DNA from: Myxococcota bacterium
Lineage (GTDB): Bacteria; Myxococcota_A; UBA9160; UBA6930
Assembly: GCA_965223705.1 (NCBI GenBank)
Contig: OZ245015.1
Coordinates: 2,240,001 to 2,304,000 of the forward strand
Length of the DNA: 64,000 nt
Reading direction: 5' to 3'
Part shown: one piece after another, positions 28,478-39,968 of the stretch
Layout: every line of letters starts with the position of its first letter
Position numbering within the stretch: the stretch's first letter is position 1
The notes under the pieces: generated by a model
What the model was told of the DNA's origin: nothing
The model's database searches: none
What the model saw: the letters and a program-made list of their open reading frames with translations, nothing else
Translations under genes and position numbers: made by a program

Positions 28478-29017
28478 ATGCGACCGACCCCCTTGCTCCT
28501 CACGATTCTCCTCATCGCAGTGCTTCTCGGGTGTAGCGCCGACGCTCCGCCGGACTCGCCCGCCGAGTCCGACCGATCGACGCCGGTCGTAGAAACGTCG
28601 ACGCCGAGCGAACCCCCCGAAGCCGTCGCCGTCCTCCCACCCGCGATCGCTACACCGCGTCCGGGTGCGGGGCCCGAATTGCCATCGATCCAGGTTCGCC
28701 CGCACTCCGTCGAGGAGTTGTTGCGCCTGCCCGCGGAGCCGGAGGCGGGAGCGGAGAATCCGGTGTCGATGCTCCCGGAAAGTACGGGCGACGTGACCGA
28801 TCCTCTCGCTCGGCGCGGTGATCGCCGCGTTCGACTGGAGTTCAGTACGCAGACCGATCGAGCGATCGTGCCGGGCTCCGAGAGAACTCAGACGGACGTC
28901 GGTGTGTCACTCGGTGTTGGAGATCGCACGCGACTCCGAGCCGGGGTCCGCGTCGACGAGGAGGAGGGCCTGGATCGCGAAGAAACGCCCACGCTGGGAA
29001 TCGAGCGCCAGTTCTAG
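28478..29017 (+). CDS. Putative lipoprotein with Pro-rich linker and short C-terminal beta-strand region
   Basis: MRPTPLLLTILLIAVLLG-C lipobox; C-terminus LGIERQF; TTGACA at 28442. Confidence 0.6.
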   Translation: MRPTPLLLTILLIAVLLGCSADAPPDSPAESDRSTPVVETSTPSEPPEAVAVLPPAIATPRPGAGPELPSIQVRPHSVEELLRLPAEPEAGAENPVSMLPESTGDVTDPLARRGDRRVRLEFSTQTDRAIVPGSERTQTDVGVSLGVGDRTRLRAGVRVDEEEGLDREETPTLGIERQF

Positions 29018-29023
29018 CCGCGT

Positions 29024-29568
29024 TTACTCGAGCCATCCCAGTCGGCGGCGCAGCGGCCGCGACACAGCGGCCAGCACGTCGTAGAGGCGGGTCTGCCGAC
29101 CTGGCGTTTGTCGGTGCCGCGCAGATGAACGCCCAGGCTGTGACGCCCAGCCAGGTGCGCCGTGTGGAACGCGTCGACCTCGTCGAGAATTTCGGCCCGC
29201 ACCCGCACGTGGCGGTCGATCACACCGGCGGCCTTCGCGCGCTGCTCCGTATACCAACCCGCGTCGAAGCGGACCTTGTCGCGGTGCAAGTGGTACGGAT
29301 ACAAGAAGATGCTCTCCGGTGTACCCGTGTTCAGTCGCGTGAGCCGCGCCTCGTCGAGCAAACGAGCGTCCGGGGGGATGTCGCGCCAGTCGATGTCGCT
29401 GACCGGATCGAAGTAGTACTCCCAGCTGTTTTCACCCCGTTCCGGGCCATAGAACGGATTCGGCCCGTCTGGGAAGCGCGGAGCGATCTCGACGACCGGA
29501 ACGAGGTCCTCACGCTCGCAATAGAGCAGCTGGTTCAGGACGTAAACGACTTGCGCGAAGAATCCCTG
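29024..29568 (-). pseudogene. Decayed NodZ-like / GT23-type O-fucosyltransferase fragment
   Basis: Manual translation QGFFAQVVYVLNQLLYC...LVPVV...NPFYG..GENSWEYYFDPV...LGVHLRGTDK. Preceded by in-frame TGA (29569-29571) with no start codon; similarity stops after RGTDK. Confidence 0.65.
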
Positions 29569-29699
29569 TCACGGGTCGGATTCCTTCCTTCACATCCCCG
29601 ACCATCGCCACCGGCGCGTTCGCCGCACGATCGATCCCTCGCTAAGCATTGGAGCGCGGGGAACCGCCACGCTCCCGGGCGTGAATTCATGAGGCAAGC

Positions 29700-31187
29700 A
29701 TGGGGTTGGCGGTTACGCAAGAACGGTTTGAGCCCGCGGACTACGGTCGATTCGGCGAGCGTTTGCACCGCAGCCTCGACGTGCTTCGCGCGTTGCTCGA
29801 ACGCCCGGGGTTTGGCGAGCAGCCGGCGTCCATCGGGGCTGAGCTCGAGCTCTCGATCATCGATTCGGAGGCGCGCGCCCTGCCGCTCAATCGGGCCATC
29901 CTCGGCCCCAGCCCGGATCCCCGGCTGCAGCTCGAGCTCGATCGTTTCAACCTCGAACTCAACTTGACGCCGGAGCGCTGCAGCGGCGAGCCCTTCCGGA
30001 ATCTCGAAAACGAAATGGTGGAAGCGCTCGCGTCACTCTCGAGACGCTGCGAGGAGCATCGCGGGCGCGTCGTGGCGATCGGCATTCTCCCGACCCTCCG
30101 ACCGGCGGAGTTGACGTCCTCCTCGATGACCGATCTCCCGCGCTACCGCGCCCTGTCGGCCGGGTTGAAGCGGCTTCGCGGCGATCCCTTCCGAATTCGA
30201 ATCAGCGGCGAAGAACCTCTCGAATTGTCGGTCGACGACGTGACCCTCGAAGGTGCTGCGACCTCCCTGCAGATTCACTTGCTCGTGCCGCCACGCGAGT
30301 TCGCCGCCACCTACAACGCGGTACAACTCACTACCCCGTTGGCGCTGGCCGCGAGCACGAACTCTCCGACTTTTCTCGGCCACCGCTTGTGGGACGAGAC
30401 CCGGGTGGCGCTGTTCAAGCAATCGGTCGATAGCCGTCCGACGGAAGAGCAGCGTTGGCGAGCGCCCGCGCGGGTCTCTTTTGGTCACGGCTGGCTACGA
30501 ACCGGGGCCTACGAACTCTTCCAAGAGGCGGTGTCGCTCTTCCCTCCCCTGCTTCCGGTGCTCGGACCGCAAGATCCGGCAGCCGCCCTGGCGACCGGCG
30601 AGGTTCCGAAACTCGAGGAGCTGCGACTCCATCAGGGAACGGTGTGGCGCTGGAACCGAGCGATTTTTGATCCAGCTGGTGGGGGGCATTTGCGCATCGA
30701 GATGCGCGCTCTGCCGGCGGGCCCGACGCCCGTCGACATGGTGGCGTCAGCCGCGTTTCAGCTAGGGCTCGCGATCGCCCTCCGCGATGACATGGACGAA
30801 CTCATTCCGTCGTTCCCTTTCGAGTACGCGCATTGGAACTTCTACCGAGCGGCCCAAAGCGGGCTCGACGCCAACATTCTCTGGCCATCACGGCGAGCGC
30901 CATCGCCCGCAGAGCGGCCGATCGCCGAGCTCATCTTGGAGATGATCCCGCGCGCCGACGAAGGTCTCGACCGGCTCGGTGTTGCCAGCGGCGAGCGCCG
31001 ACGTTTGCTCGGGATTCTCCGCGACCGCGTTGCGAGCGGCACGACGCCTTCGCAGTGGCAGCACCGGTTCCTCGCACGGCGCGAGGCGCATGCGCATCGA
31101 CAGGATGCCCTCCGAGAGATGCTCGAGTGCTATCTCGAGCACGCCGGGACGGGCGCGCCCGCTCACGAGTGGCCCGATCGCCCGTGA
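29700..31187 (+). CDS. Glutamate--cysteine ligase family 2 (GCS2-like) COOH-NH2 ligase
   Basis: GAELEL, ELDRFNLELN, GILPTL, TSLQIHL, NSPTFLG, ETRVALFKQS, VWRWNR, HLRIEMRALPAGPT. Confidence 0.9.
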   Translation: MGLAVTQERFEPADYGRFGERLHRSLDVLRALLERPGFGEQPASIGAELELSIIDSEARALPLNRAILGPSPDPRLQLELDRFNLELNLTPERCSGEPFRNLENEMVEALASLSRRCEEHRGRVVAIGILPTLRPAELTSSSMTDLPRYRALSAGLKRLRGDPFRIRISGEEPLELSVDDVTLEGAATSLQIHLLVPPREFAATYNAVQLTTPLALAASTNSPTFLGHRLWDETRVALFKQSVDSRPTEEQRWRAPARVSFGHGWLRTGAYELFQEAVSLFPPLLPVLGPQDPAAALATGEVPKLEELRLHQGTVWRWNRAIFDPAGGGHLRIEMRALPAGPTPVDMVASAAFQLGLAIALRDDMDELIPSFPFEYAHWNFYRAAQSGLDANILWPSRRAPSPAERPIAELILEMIPRADEGLDRLGVASGERRRLLGILRDRVASGTTPSQWQHRFLARREAHAHRQDALREMLECYLEHAGTGAPAHEWPDRP

Positions 31188-32197
31188 CCATGAAGAGCGC
31201 CGCGCTGCTGATCGATGCGTCTGACCTCGAACTCGGGAGCTCCGATACCGAGATGCTCGATGCGCTTCGCGGCCCGACTTGGGTATCCCTCGCCGGTCGC
31301 GATCGATCGCGACTTCGGGTCGCAACGACCTTGCTTCACGGGAACGAGCCGTCGGGCTTTCGAGCCATTCGGAGATATCTGCGCTCCGGTCGCGTGCCCG
31401 CGACGGATCTCTTGTTCTTCTTCGGCTCCGTCTCGGCGGCTCAGATCCTGCCGCGCTTTTCCAATCGAACCCTACTCTCGGGACGCGACCTCAATCGCTG
31501 CTTCCGGCCTCCCTACGACGGAGCCGAGGGACGGCTTGCCGCGACGGTTCTCGCGCGACTCGAAGACCGTCGGCCCGAGGCCCTGATCGATCTCCACAAC
31601 ACGTCGGGTCGCGGCCCGGCCTACGGAGTCCTCATGACGCGCGATCGCGCCTGTCAGCAGGTCGCGGCGCTGTGGGCTCGCCACGTGGTGGTGACGGATC
31701 TTCGGCTCGGCGCACTCACCGAGGCGACGACCCAGCACTTTCCTTCGGCGGTCGTCGAGTGCGGCGGACGCGAAGACCCGGCAGCCGACAGCGTCGCCTG
31801 GTTCGGCCTCCGAGAGTTCGCGGACCGCGCGACGCTGTTCGACCGCGACGCCGCACCGGAAGTGTTCGAGCACCCCGTGCGGATCGAGCTCCGCGCGGGA
31901 TGCGAGATCGCGTTCGCGAGGCAACCGGTGGAACGCGCCGACGTGACGCTCTACCCCGATCTCGATCGCCACAACTTCGGGATGGTCGACGTCGGTGAAC
32001 CCCTCGGTTGGTTGGGGCCGCGCGGGCTCGATGCCTTGATGCTGCGGCGGGCTTCCGGAACCGACACCGTTGACGCGCTCCTTTCCCAGCGCGCCGGAGC
32101 GCTCGTCGCGAGCCGCGCTTTCCGTCCTTTGATGATCACCACGCACCCAGATATCGCGAAGTCCGATTGCCTCTTCTACGCGGTTGCCAAGACGTGA
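31184..32197 (+). CDS. Succinylglutamate desuccinylase/aspartoacylase (M14-type) family metallopeptidase
   Basis: LHGNEPSG, DLNRCF, IDLHNTSG, VECGG, DCLFY; GTG start overlaps upstream TGA (alternative ATG 31190). Confidence 0.88.
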   Translation: MTMKSAALLIDASDLELGSSDTEMLDALRGPTWVSLAGRDRSRLRVATTLLHGNEPSGFRAIRRYLRSGRVPATDLLFFFGSVSAAQILPRFSNRTLLSGRDLNRCFRPPYDGAEGRLAATVLARLEDRRPEALIDLHNTSGRGPAYGVLMTRDRACQQVAALWARHVVVTDLRLGALTEATTQHFPSAVVECGGREDPAADSVAWFGLREFADRATLFDRDAAPEVFEHPVRIELRAGCEIAFARQPVERADVTLYPDLDRHNFGMVDVGEPLGWLGPRGLDALMLRRASGTDTVDALLSQRAGALVASRAFRPLMITTHPDIAKSDCLFYAVAKT

Positions 32198-32206
32198 TCC
32201 GGGGCA

Positions 32207-33052
32207 TTAACCGTGTTGAGGCAGGAGCGCTTCGGCGGTGTTCTCGATTTCACTTGAGGGCAGTCCGTCGACCGCATAGAACCCCAGCGCGCCGTTGGGC
32301 GTGTTCCCGATCATGTCGAGGAGCTCGGGCGTTAGGGTCTCCGCGACGGCGGGTGGGACCGCCAAGGACTGGTTCTCTTCCTGCCGCAGCCAGCCGAGCG
32401 AGTACGTGAGGATCACGCCGTAGCGCCAATCCCCGGAGACGTTCGCCCCCGCACCGTGGAGGGTGCCGCCCAACCAGAACAGCACGGATCCAGCCTCCAT
32501 ATCCACAGGGAAGACTTCGCCCGGCAGCGGTGTTCGCTCCGGCCCCCACTTGTGGCTCCCCGGCACCAGCAGGGTTCCGCCGTTTTCGGCGGTGAAGTCC
32601 GAGATCGCCCACATCGTCGCGACAACGAGGTTCGGCCGCGGCGTTGCAAAGAACGGGAACGTGTCTTCCTCGCGGTGGAGCGATTGCTGGCGAGCGCCCG
32701 GACCGACCTCGACGGCCGCGCCCACGTGCAACTGATAGCGGCCGCCCGGCGAGCAGTTCGGAAGGAGGAAGTGGTCGCAGACGGTTTTGGCGACCGGATG
32801 CAGGACGAAATCGCGCGCCGTTTCGGACTGCGCGACGAGGGAGATCACGCGGCGTGTGTGACCGGGATAGAACGAGCTCCCGTCGTCCTCCGTGTCGACG
32901 CGAGTCCGTGTCATGGCGCCGGCGAGCTCGCCTCGCAGCGCCGCGCGCTGCTCCGCGCTGGTCACCTCGGTCACGATGAGGCAGCCGGCTTCCTCGAGGA
33001 GCGGGATTCCGCGATGGGCCAACTCGGAATACGCGATCGTGGGGATGGTCAC
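32207..33052 (-). CDS. Phytanoyl-CoA dioxygenase (PhyH) family Fe/2OG oxygenase
   Basis: QSLHREE, AISDFTAENGGT..VPGSH, LHGAGAN...R, GWLRQEENQ; start GTG 33052 overlaps BVMO stop. Confidence 0.9.
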   Translation of the reverse strand: MTIPTIAYSELAHRGIPLLEEAGCLIVTEVTSAEQRAALRGELAGAMTRTRVDTEDDGSSFYPGHTRRVISLVAQSETARDFVLHPVAKTVCDHFLLPNCSPGGRYQLHVGAAVEVGPGARQQSLHREEDTFPFFATPRPNLVVATMWAISDFTAENGGTLLVPGSHKWGPERTPLPGEVFPVDMEAGSVLFWLGGTLHGAGANVSGDWRYGVILTYSLGWLRQEENQSLAVPPAVAETLTPELLDMIGNTPNGALGFYAVDGLPSSEIENTAEALLPQHG

Positions 33053-34671
33053 GCTGTCGACTCGATCTTCTCGTAGCCGGGAAAGCCCTGCTCGAGTTCC
33101 CCGTAGCAGGACTCGTTGTAGCGCTTGAACCCGCCGCAATAGACCATGAAGACGCGCGGTTTTCCGGGAACGTTCGCACCGGAATACCAGCTCTTCGTCG
33201 TCAGCGCGCCGGGGCGACGCTCGGCGTAACGAAGCGTCTCGGCGCGCCAGTGTTGCTGGGACTCGGCGAGCGGATGAAGTTGCGGTCGCCCGTGCCCCTC
33301 GAGCCACTCGACGGTGTCGAAGATGAAGTCGACCTGCTGCTCCGCGAGCGTCGCCATGTTCGAAAGCACCGAAGGCGACTGGGCACTCGACGGGAAGAAG
33401 AGGTTCGGAAATCCGTGCACCATGGTGCCGAGGTAGTTCATCGGTCCGTCCGCCCAGGCGTCCTTCATGGTGCGTCCGCCCATGCCGACGATGTCCATCG
33501 CGAAGACGGGCCCGGAAATGGCGTCGAACCCGGTGGCATAGACAATGACGTCGAGAGGGATCCTCTCCTCGGTCGTGCGAATCCCATCGGCGAGAATGCG
33601 TTCGATCGGCGTTTCTCGCAGGGAGACCAGACGAACGTGCGGCAGGTTGAACGTCTGCAGGTAGACGTTGCTCATACAGGGTCGCTTCCCCCCGTACGGG
33701 TGATCCCACGGCGTTAGGTGATCCGCAGTCCACGGATCGTCGACTTGCTCGCGCATCCGCTCGCGGACGAAGTCCGAAATGGCGTCATTCGCCTCGGGCA
33801 AATACGCGTCGCGGAATGCGAGCGGGATGTACGTCCCTTCCCATGCCCGCTCGAGCGCCTCCTCGCGTCCCTTTTCGTCGAGCTCGATGAACCGCTCGTG
33901 CCCCATGTCGAGCGGCACATGCCCGCCGTAGGACTCGCGAAAAGCGCGACGGACCGCTTGCGGGTCTTCGCGCAGACGCGCGACGATGTCGGCATCCATG
34001 GGACCCGAGCGAACCGGAGTGACGTAGTTGGCCGTGCGCTGGAAGACGACAACTTCCGAAGCGACCTTTGCGATCTCCGGGATCGCCTGCACACCCGACG
34101 ATCCGGTGCCGATGACGCCGACTCGCTTGCCGCGGAAATCGACGCTTCCGTCTTGGGGCCAACTCGAAGTGAAGTAGGCTTCGCCGGCGAAGTCGTCGAC
34201 CCCTTCGATATCCGGTGCTTTGGGGTCCGAGAGCGCGCCGATGGCGAGGATCGGATACCGGCAGGTGACCGACTCACCGGCGGCGGTACCGATCGACCAG
34301 AACCCGGTTTCTTCGTCGTAGTGCACCGAGACCACCTTCGTGTCGAAGGTGATGTCTTTCAGGACGTCGCACCGCTCGGCCACGAATCGGAGGTAGCGCT
34401 GGATCTCACCCTGCTCCGCGCAGGCGTCCGTCCAGTTCCAGTCGCGCACGATGTCGTCGCTGAAGAAGTACGCGTAGTTGTAACTCTCGACGTCGCAGCG
34501 CGCGCCGGGGTAGGCATTCCAGTACCAGGTTCCGCCGACGTCCGACCCTCGTTCGAAGCCCCTGACGCTGAAACCGCGTTGGCGCGCTTGCCAGAGTGCG
34601 TAAATTCCCGCGAATCCCGAACCGACGACGACGATGTCACAATCGAGTTGACGCTTCGTGTTCTCTTCCAT
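33049..34671 (-). CDS. Baeyer-Villiger monooxygenase (CHMO/steroid monooxygenase-like)
   Basis: GSGFAG, GGTWYWNAYPGARCD, GTGSSG, FQRTANY, ATGFDA, SWYSGANVPGK. Confidence 0.93.
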   Translation of the reverse strand: MEENTKRQLDCDIVVVGSGFAGIYALWQARQRGFSVRGFERGSDVGGTWYWNAYPGARCDVESYNYAYFFSDDIVRDWNWTDACAEQGEIQRYLRFVAERCDVLKDITFDTKVVSVHYDEETGFWSIGTAAGESVTCRYPILAIGALSDPKAPDIEGVDDFAGEAYFTSSWPQDGSVDFRGKRVGVIGTGSSGVQAIPEIAKVASEVVVFQRTANYVTPVRSGPMDADIVARLREDPQAVRRAFRESYGGHVPLDMGHERFIELDEKGREEALERAWEGTYIPLAFRDAYLPEANDAISDFVRERMREQVDDPWTADHLTPWDHPYGGKRPCMSNVYLQTFNLPHVRLVSLRETPIERILADGIRTTEERIPLDVIVYATGFDAISGPVFAMDIVGMGGRTMKDAWADGPMNYLGTMVHGFPNLFFPSSAQSPSVLSNMATLAEQQVDFIFDTVEWLEGHGRPQLHPLAESQQHWRAETLRYAERRPGALTTKSWYSGANVPGKPRVFMVYCGGFKRYNESCYGELEQGFPGYEKIESTA

Positions 34672-34679
34672 GGCTGTCC

Positions 34680-35156
34680 TTAGTCCTTCGCTAGCGGCCT
34701 AGTCTCCGGGGAGCGGTTTGACGGCTCGATCGTGACGAGAACGAGTCGCTTCATAGCTTCCGCGAGGTCGTCTTCTCTCGGACGTTTTTCCCCGTCGAGC
34801 CGCACCCCGGCAAACGGCGCGTCCCGGGGCACGGCGGTGAGGAAAGCACGCATCGTGGGCAGCATCACGTCGGGTTCGCGTTCCGTGCGTGCCGTCCCCG
34901 GGAGCCACTGTCTCCGCCGGAGGGTGCGTACGGGCGCGGGTTCCTCGAAGTTGCGCCACCAGGCGCTGCCGCGAGCGGCAAAGCAGTGCACGCGTCCGCC
35001 GTTCTCGAAATAGCTGACGGGCGTCCGGTACGTGCGACCGGACTTCCCACCCGTGAATTCCAACACCAGGGTGTTGTGGCTCAGCAAGCCGTGCAGTGGC
35101 GAGCACAGCAGTGCCCGGACCAGTGGGTTGAGGAGGGAATACAGCTTCGAGGCCAT
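34680..35156 (-). CDS. Nitroreductase/deazaflavin(F420)-dependent oxidoreductase family protein (DUF385/Ddn-like)
   Basis: NPLVRALL.SPLH, LEFTGGKSGRTYRTPVSY, WWRN; start re-picked at MASKLYS. Confidence 0.8.
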   Translation of the reverse strand: MASKLYSLLNPLVRALLCSPLHGLLSHNTLVLEFTGGKSGRTYRTPVSYFENGGRVHCFAARGSAWWRNFEEPAPVRTLRRRQWLPGTARTEREPDVMLPTMRAFLTAVPRDAPFAGVRLDGEKRPREDDLAEAMKRLVLVTIEPSNRSPETRPLAKD

Positions 35157-35165
35157 ATTGACTAG

Positions 35166-35182
35166 ATAACAATCAGTGTTAT
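35166..35182. promoter_or_regulatory. AT-rich perfect inverted repeat (candidate operator) between divergent DUF385 gene and katG
   Basis: ATAACA-ATCAG-TGTTAT in otherwise GC-rich DNA; TTGACT at 35158. Confidence 0.5.
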
Positions 35183-35206
35183 TTGTGGGTTCAGGCGGAG
35201 ACGTGA

Positions 35207-37444
<2,238 letters not shown>

Positions 37445-37456
37445 CGACGCCATGCT

Positions 37457-37491
37457 GGAGCGCCCGGAACCGTGACGGTTCCGGGCGCTCC
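37457..37491 (+). terminator. Strong hairpin after katG (putative terminator)
   Basis: GGAGCGCCCGGAACCG-tga-CGGTTCCGGGCGCTCC, 16-bp perfect stem; no clear U-tract. Confidence 0.6.
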
Positions 37492-37626
37492 CTCAAAAGG
37501 TATACGCCGGTGCCGCCATCGGCGAAACTCGGTATCGCGCTCGTAGAAACCCCGTCGGGAGTTCCTCGCATACTCGGATCGGGATCCGCGACCGATATAG
37601 CGTGACGGCTTTGGAGGTCGGACTCT

Positions 37627-38814
37627 ATGCGAGGGGGCGGCGAGGCGGCGCGTAGTCCGCGCGAAGGGTCGCGAGCGTGGCTCGCCGACCAACCGGCGAT
37701 TCGGCGCGAGATCGAGCGGGATCGCTCGATCAAGCTGCGCGTGCGGGCCCGGGTATTCCTCAGCCTGGGCCCCTTGGTCTTCATGAGCTTCTGGGGCCTC
37801 GATTGGCTGATCGCGCCCGAGCTCGCCCCTACGTTCCTGTGGCTGCGGCTACCCGTGCTGCCGCTCAGTTTCGTCGGTTTTGCGCTCTCCTTCTCGGACC
37901 GGTTCGACAGCGGAATCCGTGTCTTCTCGGCGGCTGGGATCTGCTGGGGAGCCTTCGCGGTCTCGATCATCGCCGCGATGACGGGAGGCTTCGAAGCGAC
38001 GTACATCACGGGCGTCGTCCTCATCCAGATCGTTCCCCTCTTCCTCCCCTTCCGGCCCTGGGCGATTCTCTTGCTCGAAGTCGCCATCGTCGCCGGGCAC
38101 GTCGCCATCAACCTCGCGTTCCATCCCGCCGATGGATCGATGCTCGAGCCCGTGCTCTTCCTGCTCGCCGCGTCCGTCCTCGTACTGGCGGTCGCCGTCC
38201 TCTCCGAACAAGCGCGCATCCAAGAGGGGGTTCACCGCTATCGGCTCGCCGAAGCGAACGAGGAGCTCGAACAACTCGCCGGCCTCGATGCGCTGACGGG
38301 TCTCGCGAATCGCCGGAGCTTCGATTCCGCACTCCTGCGAGAGTGGCGGCGCCTCAGTCGGTCGAAGCATCCGCTCTGCGTGGTGATCTGCGATGTCGAC
38401 CACTTCAAGGACTACAACGACCACTACGGGCATCCCGCCGGCGACGCGTGCCTACGGAAGGTGGCGCAGTTGATTCGAGAGTCCCTGCATCGACCCTCCG
38501 ACGTGGCGGCCCGCTACGGCGGCGAAGAGTTCGCGGTTTTGCTCCCGGAAGTGGATATCGCCGGCGGCGTCGCCGTCGCCGAGCGAATTCGCGATGCCGT
38601 CGAGTCGCGGAGCCTCCGCCACGAGACCGCTGCGCGAGGCGTTGTCACGTTGAGTCTCGGCGTGGCGGCGCTGATCCCCGATTCGACGCACTCGCAAGCG
38701 AAGCTCGTCGAGTCCGCCGATCGGGCGCTCTATGCGGCGAAGGACCGAGGTCGCAACCGCGTCGAATCCGCCGCTGCCGGCCGGGGGCGACGACTCGCCC
38801 TCATCCAGAGCTAG
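37627..38814 (+). CDS. Membrane-bound diguanylate cyclase
   Basis: TM helices; DALTGLANRR, DVDHFKDYND.YGH..GD, RPSD I-site, RYGGEEF. Confidence 0.93.
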   Translation: MRGGGEAARSPREGSRAWLADQPAIRREIERDRSIKLRVRARVFLSLGPLVFMSFWGLDWLIAPELAPTFLWLRLPVLPLSFVGFALSFSDRFDSGIRVFSAAGICWGAFAVSIIAAMTGGFEATYITGVVLIQIVPLFLPFRPWAILLLEVAIVAGHVAINLAFHPADGSMLEPVLFLLAASVLVLAVAVLSEQARIQEGVHRYRLAEANEELEQLAGLDALTGLANRRSFDSALLREWRRLSRSKHPLCVVICDVDHFKDYNDHYGHPAGDACLRKVAQLIRESLHRPSDVAARYGGEEFAVLLPEVDIAGGVAVAERIRDAVESRSLRHETAARGVVTLSLGVAALIPDSTHSQAKLVESADRALYAAKDRGRNRVESAAAGRGRRLALIQS

Positions 38815-39968
38815 AGCGGCGCTCCTCGACTCTCGCCGGTCAGGCGCAGCCGGCCCATCGACTCGTAGTTGCCCTGGGCGATCTGGATGTGCTGGGTGGC
38901 GGTGTGAATGTCCCGCCAGTGGCGCTGCAGGGGGTGCGTCGAGAAGATCGACGACGTGCCGGCCGCGGTGTAGAGGCGATCGATGGCCTCAGCCGCGGAG
39001 GCTGCGGCGTGACAGCTCGCGAGCCGGGCGCGGCGACGGACCTCGATGCTGGCTGTCCCCACTCGTTCCACTTCATCCCACAGCGCCTCGGTGGTTTCGA
39101 AGACGTAGCTGCGAGCCGAGCTCACCAGAGCTTCGGCCTTCGCAAAATCGATCTGAGCGGACGGCCGCTCGGCGAGGGAGCCGCTGCTCTGGGCCGGTAC
39201 TTTGCGTTCGGCCAGTTGCTGAAAGCTTTCGAGCGCGGCTCGAGCGATACCGAGTGCCACGGCGACGACGCAAGGCGGAAAGAGCGTGACGATCGGAACG
39301 CGGTAGAGCGTGGTGTCGACGGCCGGTGGATCGGCGAGTGTGACCCAGCGTCCTTCGGGAACGAACGCCTCGCGAACCTCGACGTCGTGGCTGCCCGAAC
39401 CGCAAAGCCCCACGACATCCCACGTGTCATGGATCGCGACGTCTTCGCGCGGGAACATGGGGAGGAGTACTTCGGGGCTGTCGGAGTTCCCGTCCCCTCC
39501 CCCCTCGATGACCACCGTGCCGAGCAGCCAGTTCGCGCCGGGGCAGCCCGAGGCGAAGCGCCAGCGTCCACTCGCCACCAAGCCGCCATCCACCCGTCGG
39601 GCGCTCCCGGTGAGGGCGAGCACTCCGGCGGGAACGGCCGGCTCTGGGCCGGCGAAAATGGATTCGCCCCAGTGTTTCGGCAGGATTCCCGAGACCAGCG
39701 CCGTCGTCTGGTAGTTCATCAAGACCCAACCGGCGGATCCGTCGCCGTAGGAGATTTCCTCGACGACGCGCAACGTGTCGAGCGCGTGGCTTTCGAGTCC
39801 GCCGTAGACCTTGGGCACCGCCATCTGTACGAGTTCGTCTTTGACGAACGCGCGGACAATGTCGTCGGGGAGTCGGCGCGCTTCTTCGAACTCGAGGGCG
39901 CGCGCTGCGAGTTGCGGGGCGAGCCTGCGCGCCGCGGCGAGCTGCGGGTCGCCGCCCTCAGTCGGCAT
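38811..39968 (-). CDS. Acyl-CoA dehydrogenase-fold flavin-dependent monooxygenase (HsaA/HpaA-C2-like)
   Basis: SGRWRFASGC, DTWDVVGLCGSGS, LQRHWRDIHTATQH; start re-picked at MPTEGG. Confidence 0.88.
   Translation of the reverse strand: MPTEGGDPQLAAARRLAPQLAARALEFEEARRLPDDIVRAFVKDELVQMAVPKVYGGLESHALDTLRVVEEISYGDGSAGWVLMNYQTTALVSGILPKHWGESIFAGPEPAVPAGVLALTGSARRVDGGLVASGRWRFASGCPGANWLLGTVVIEGGGDGNSDSPEVLLPMFPREDVAIHDTWDVVGLCGSGSHDVEVREAFVPEGRWVTLADPPAVDTTLYRVPIVTLFPPCVVAVALGIARAALESFQQLAERKVPAQSSGSLAERPSAQIDFAKAEALVSSARSYVFETTEALWDEVERVGTASIEVRRRARLASCHAAASAAEAIDRLYTAAGTSSIFSTHPLQRHWRDIHTATQHIQIAQGNYESMGRLRLTGESRGAPL

Noticed and set aside
13131..29568. Possible Nod-factor-like system (NodI/NodJ-like exporter plus NodZ-like gene)
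   Set aside because: No nodA/B/C homologues; the NodZ-like gene is broken and about 14 kb away; ABC-2 exporters are generic
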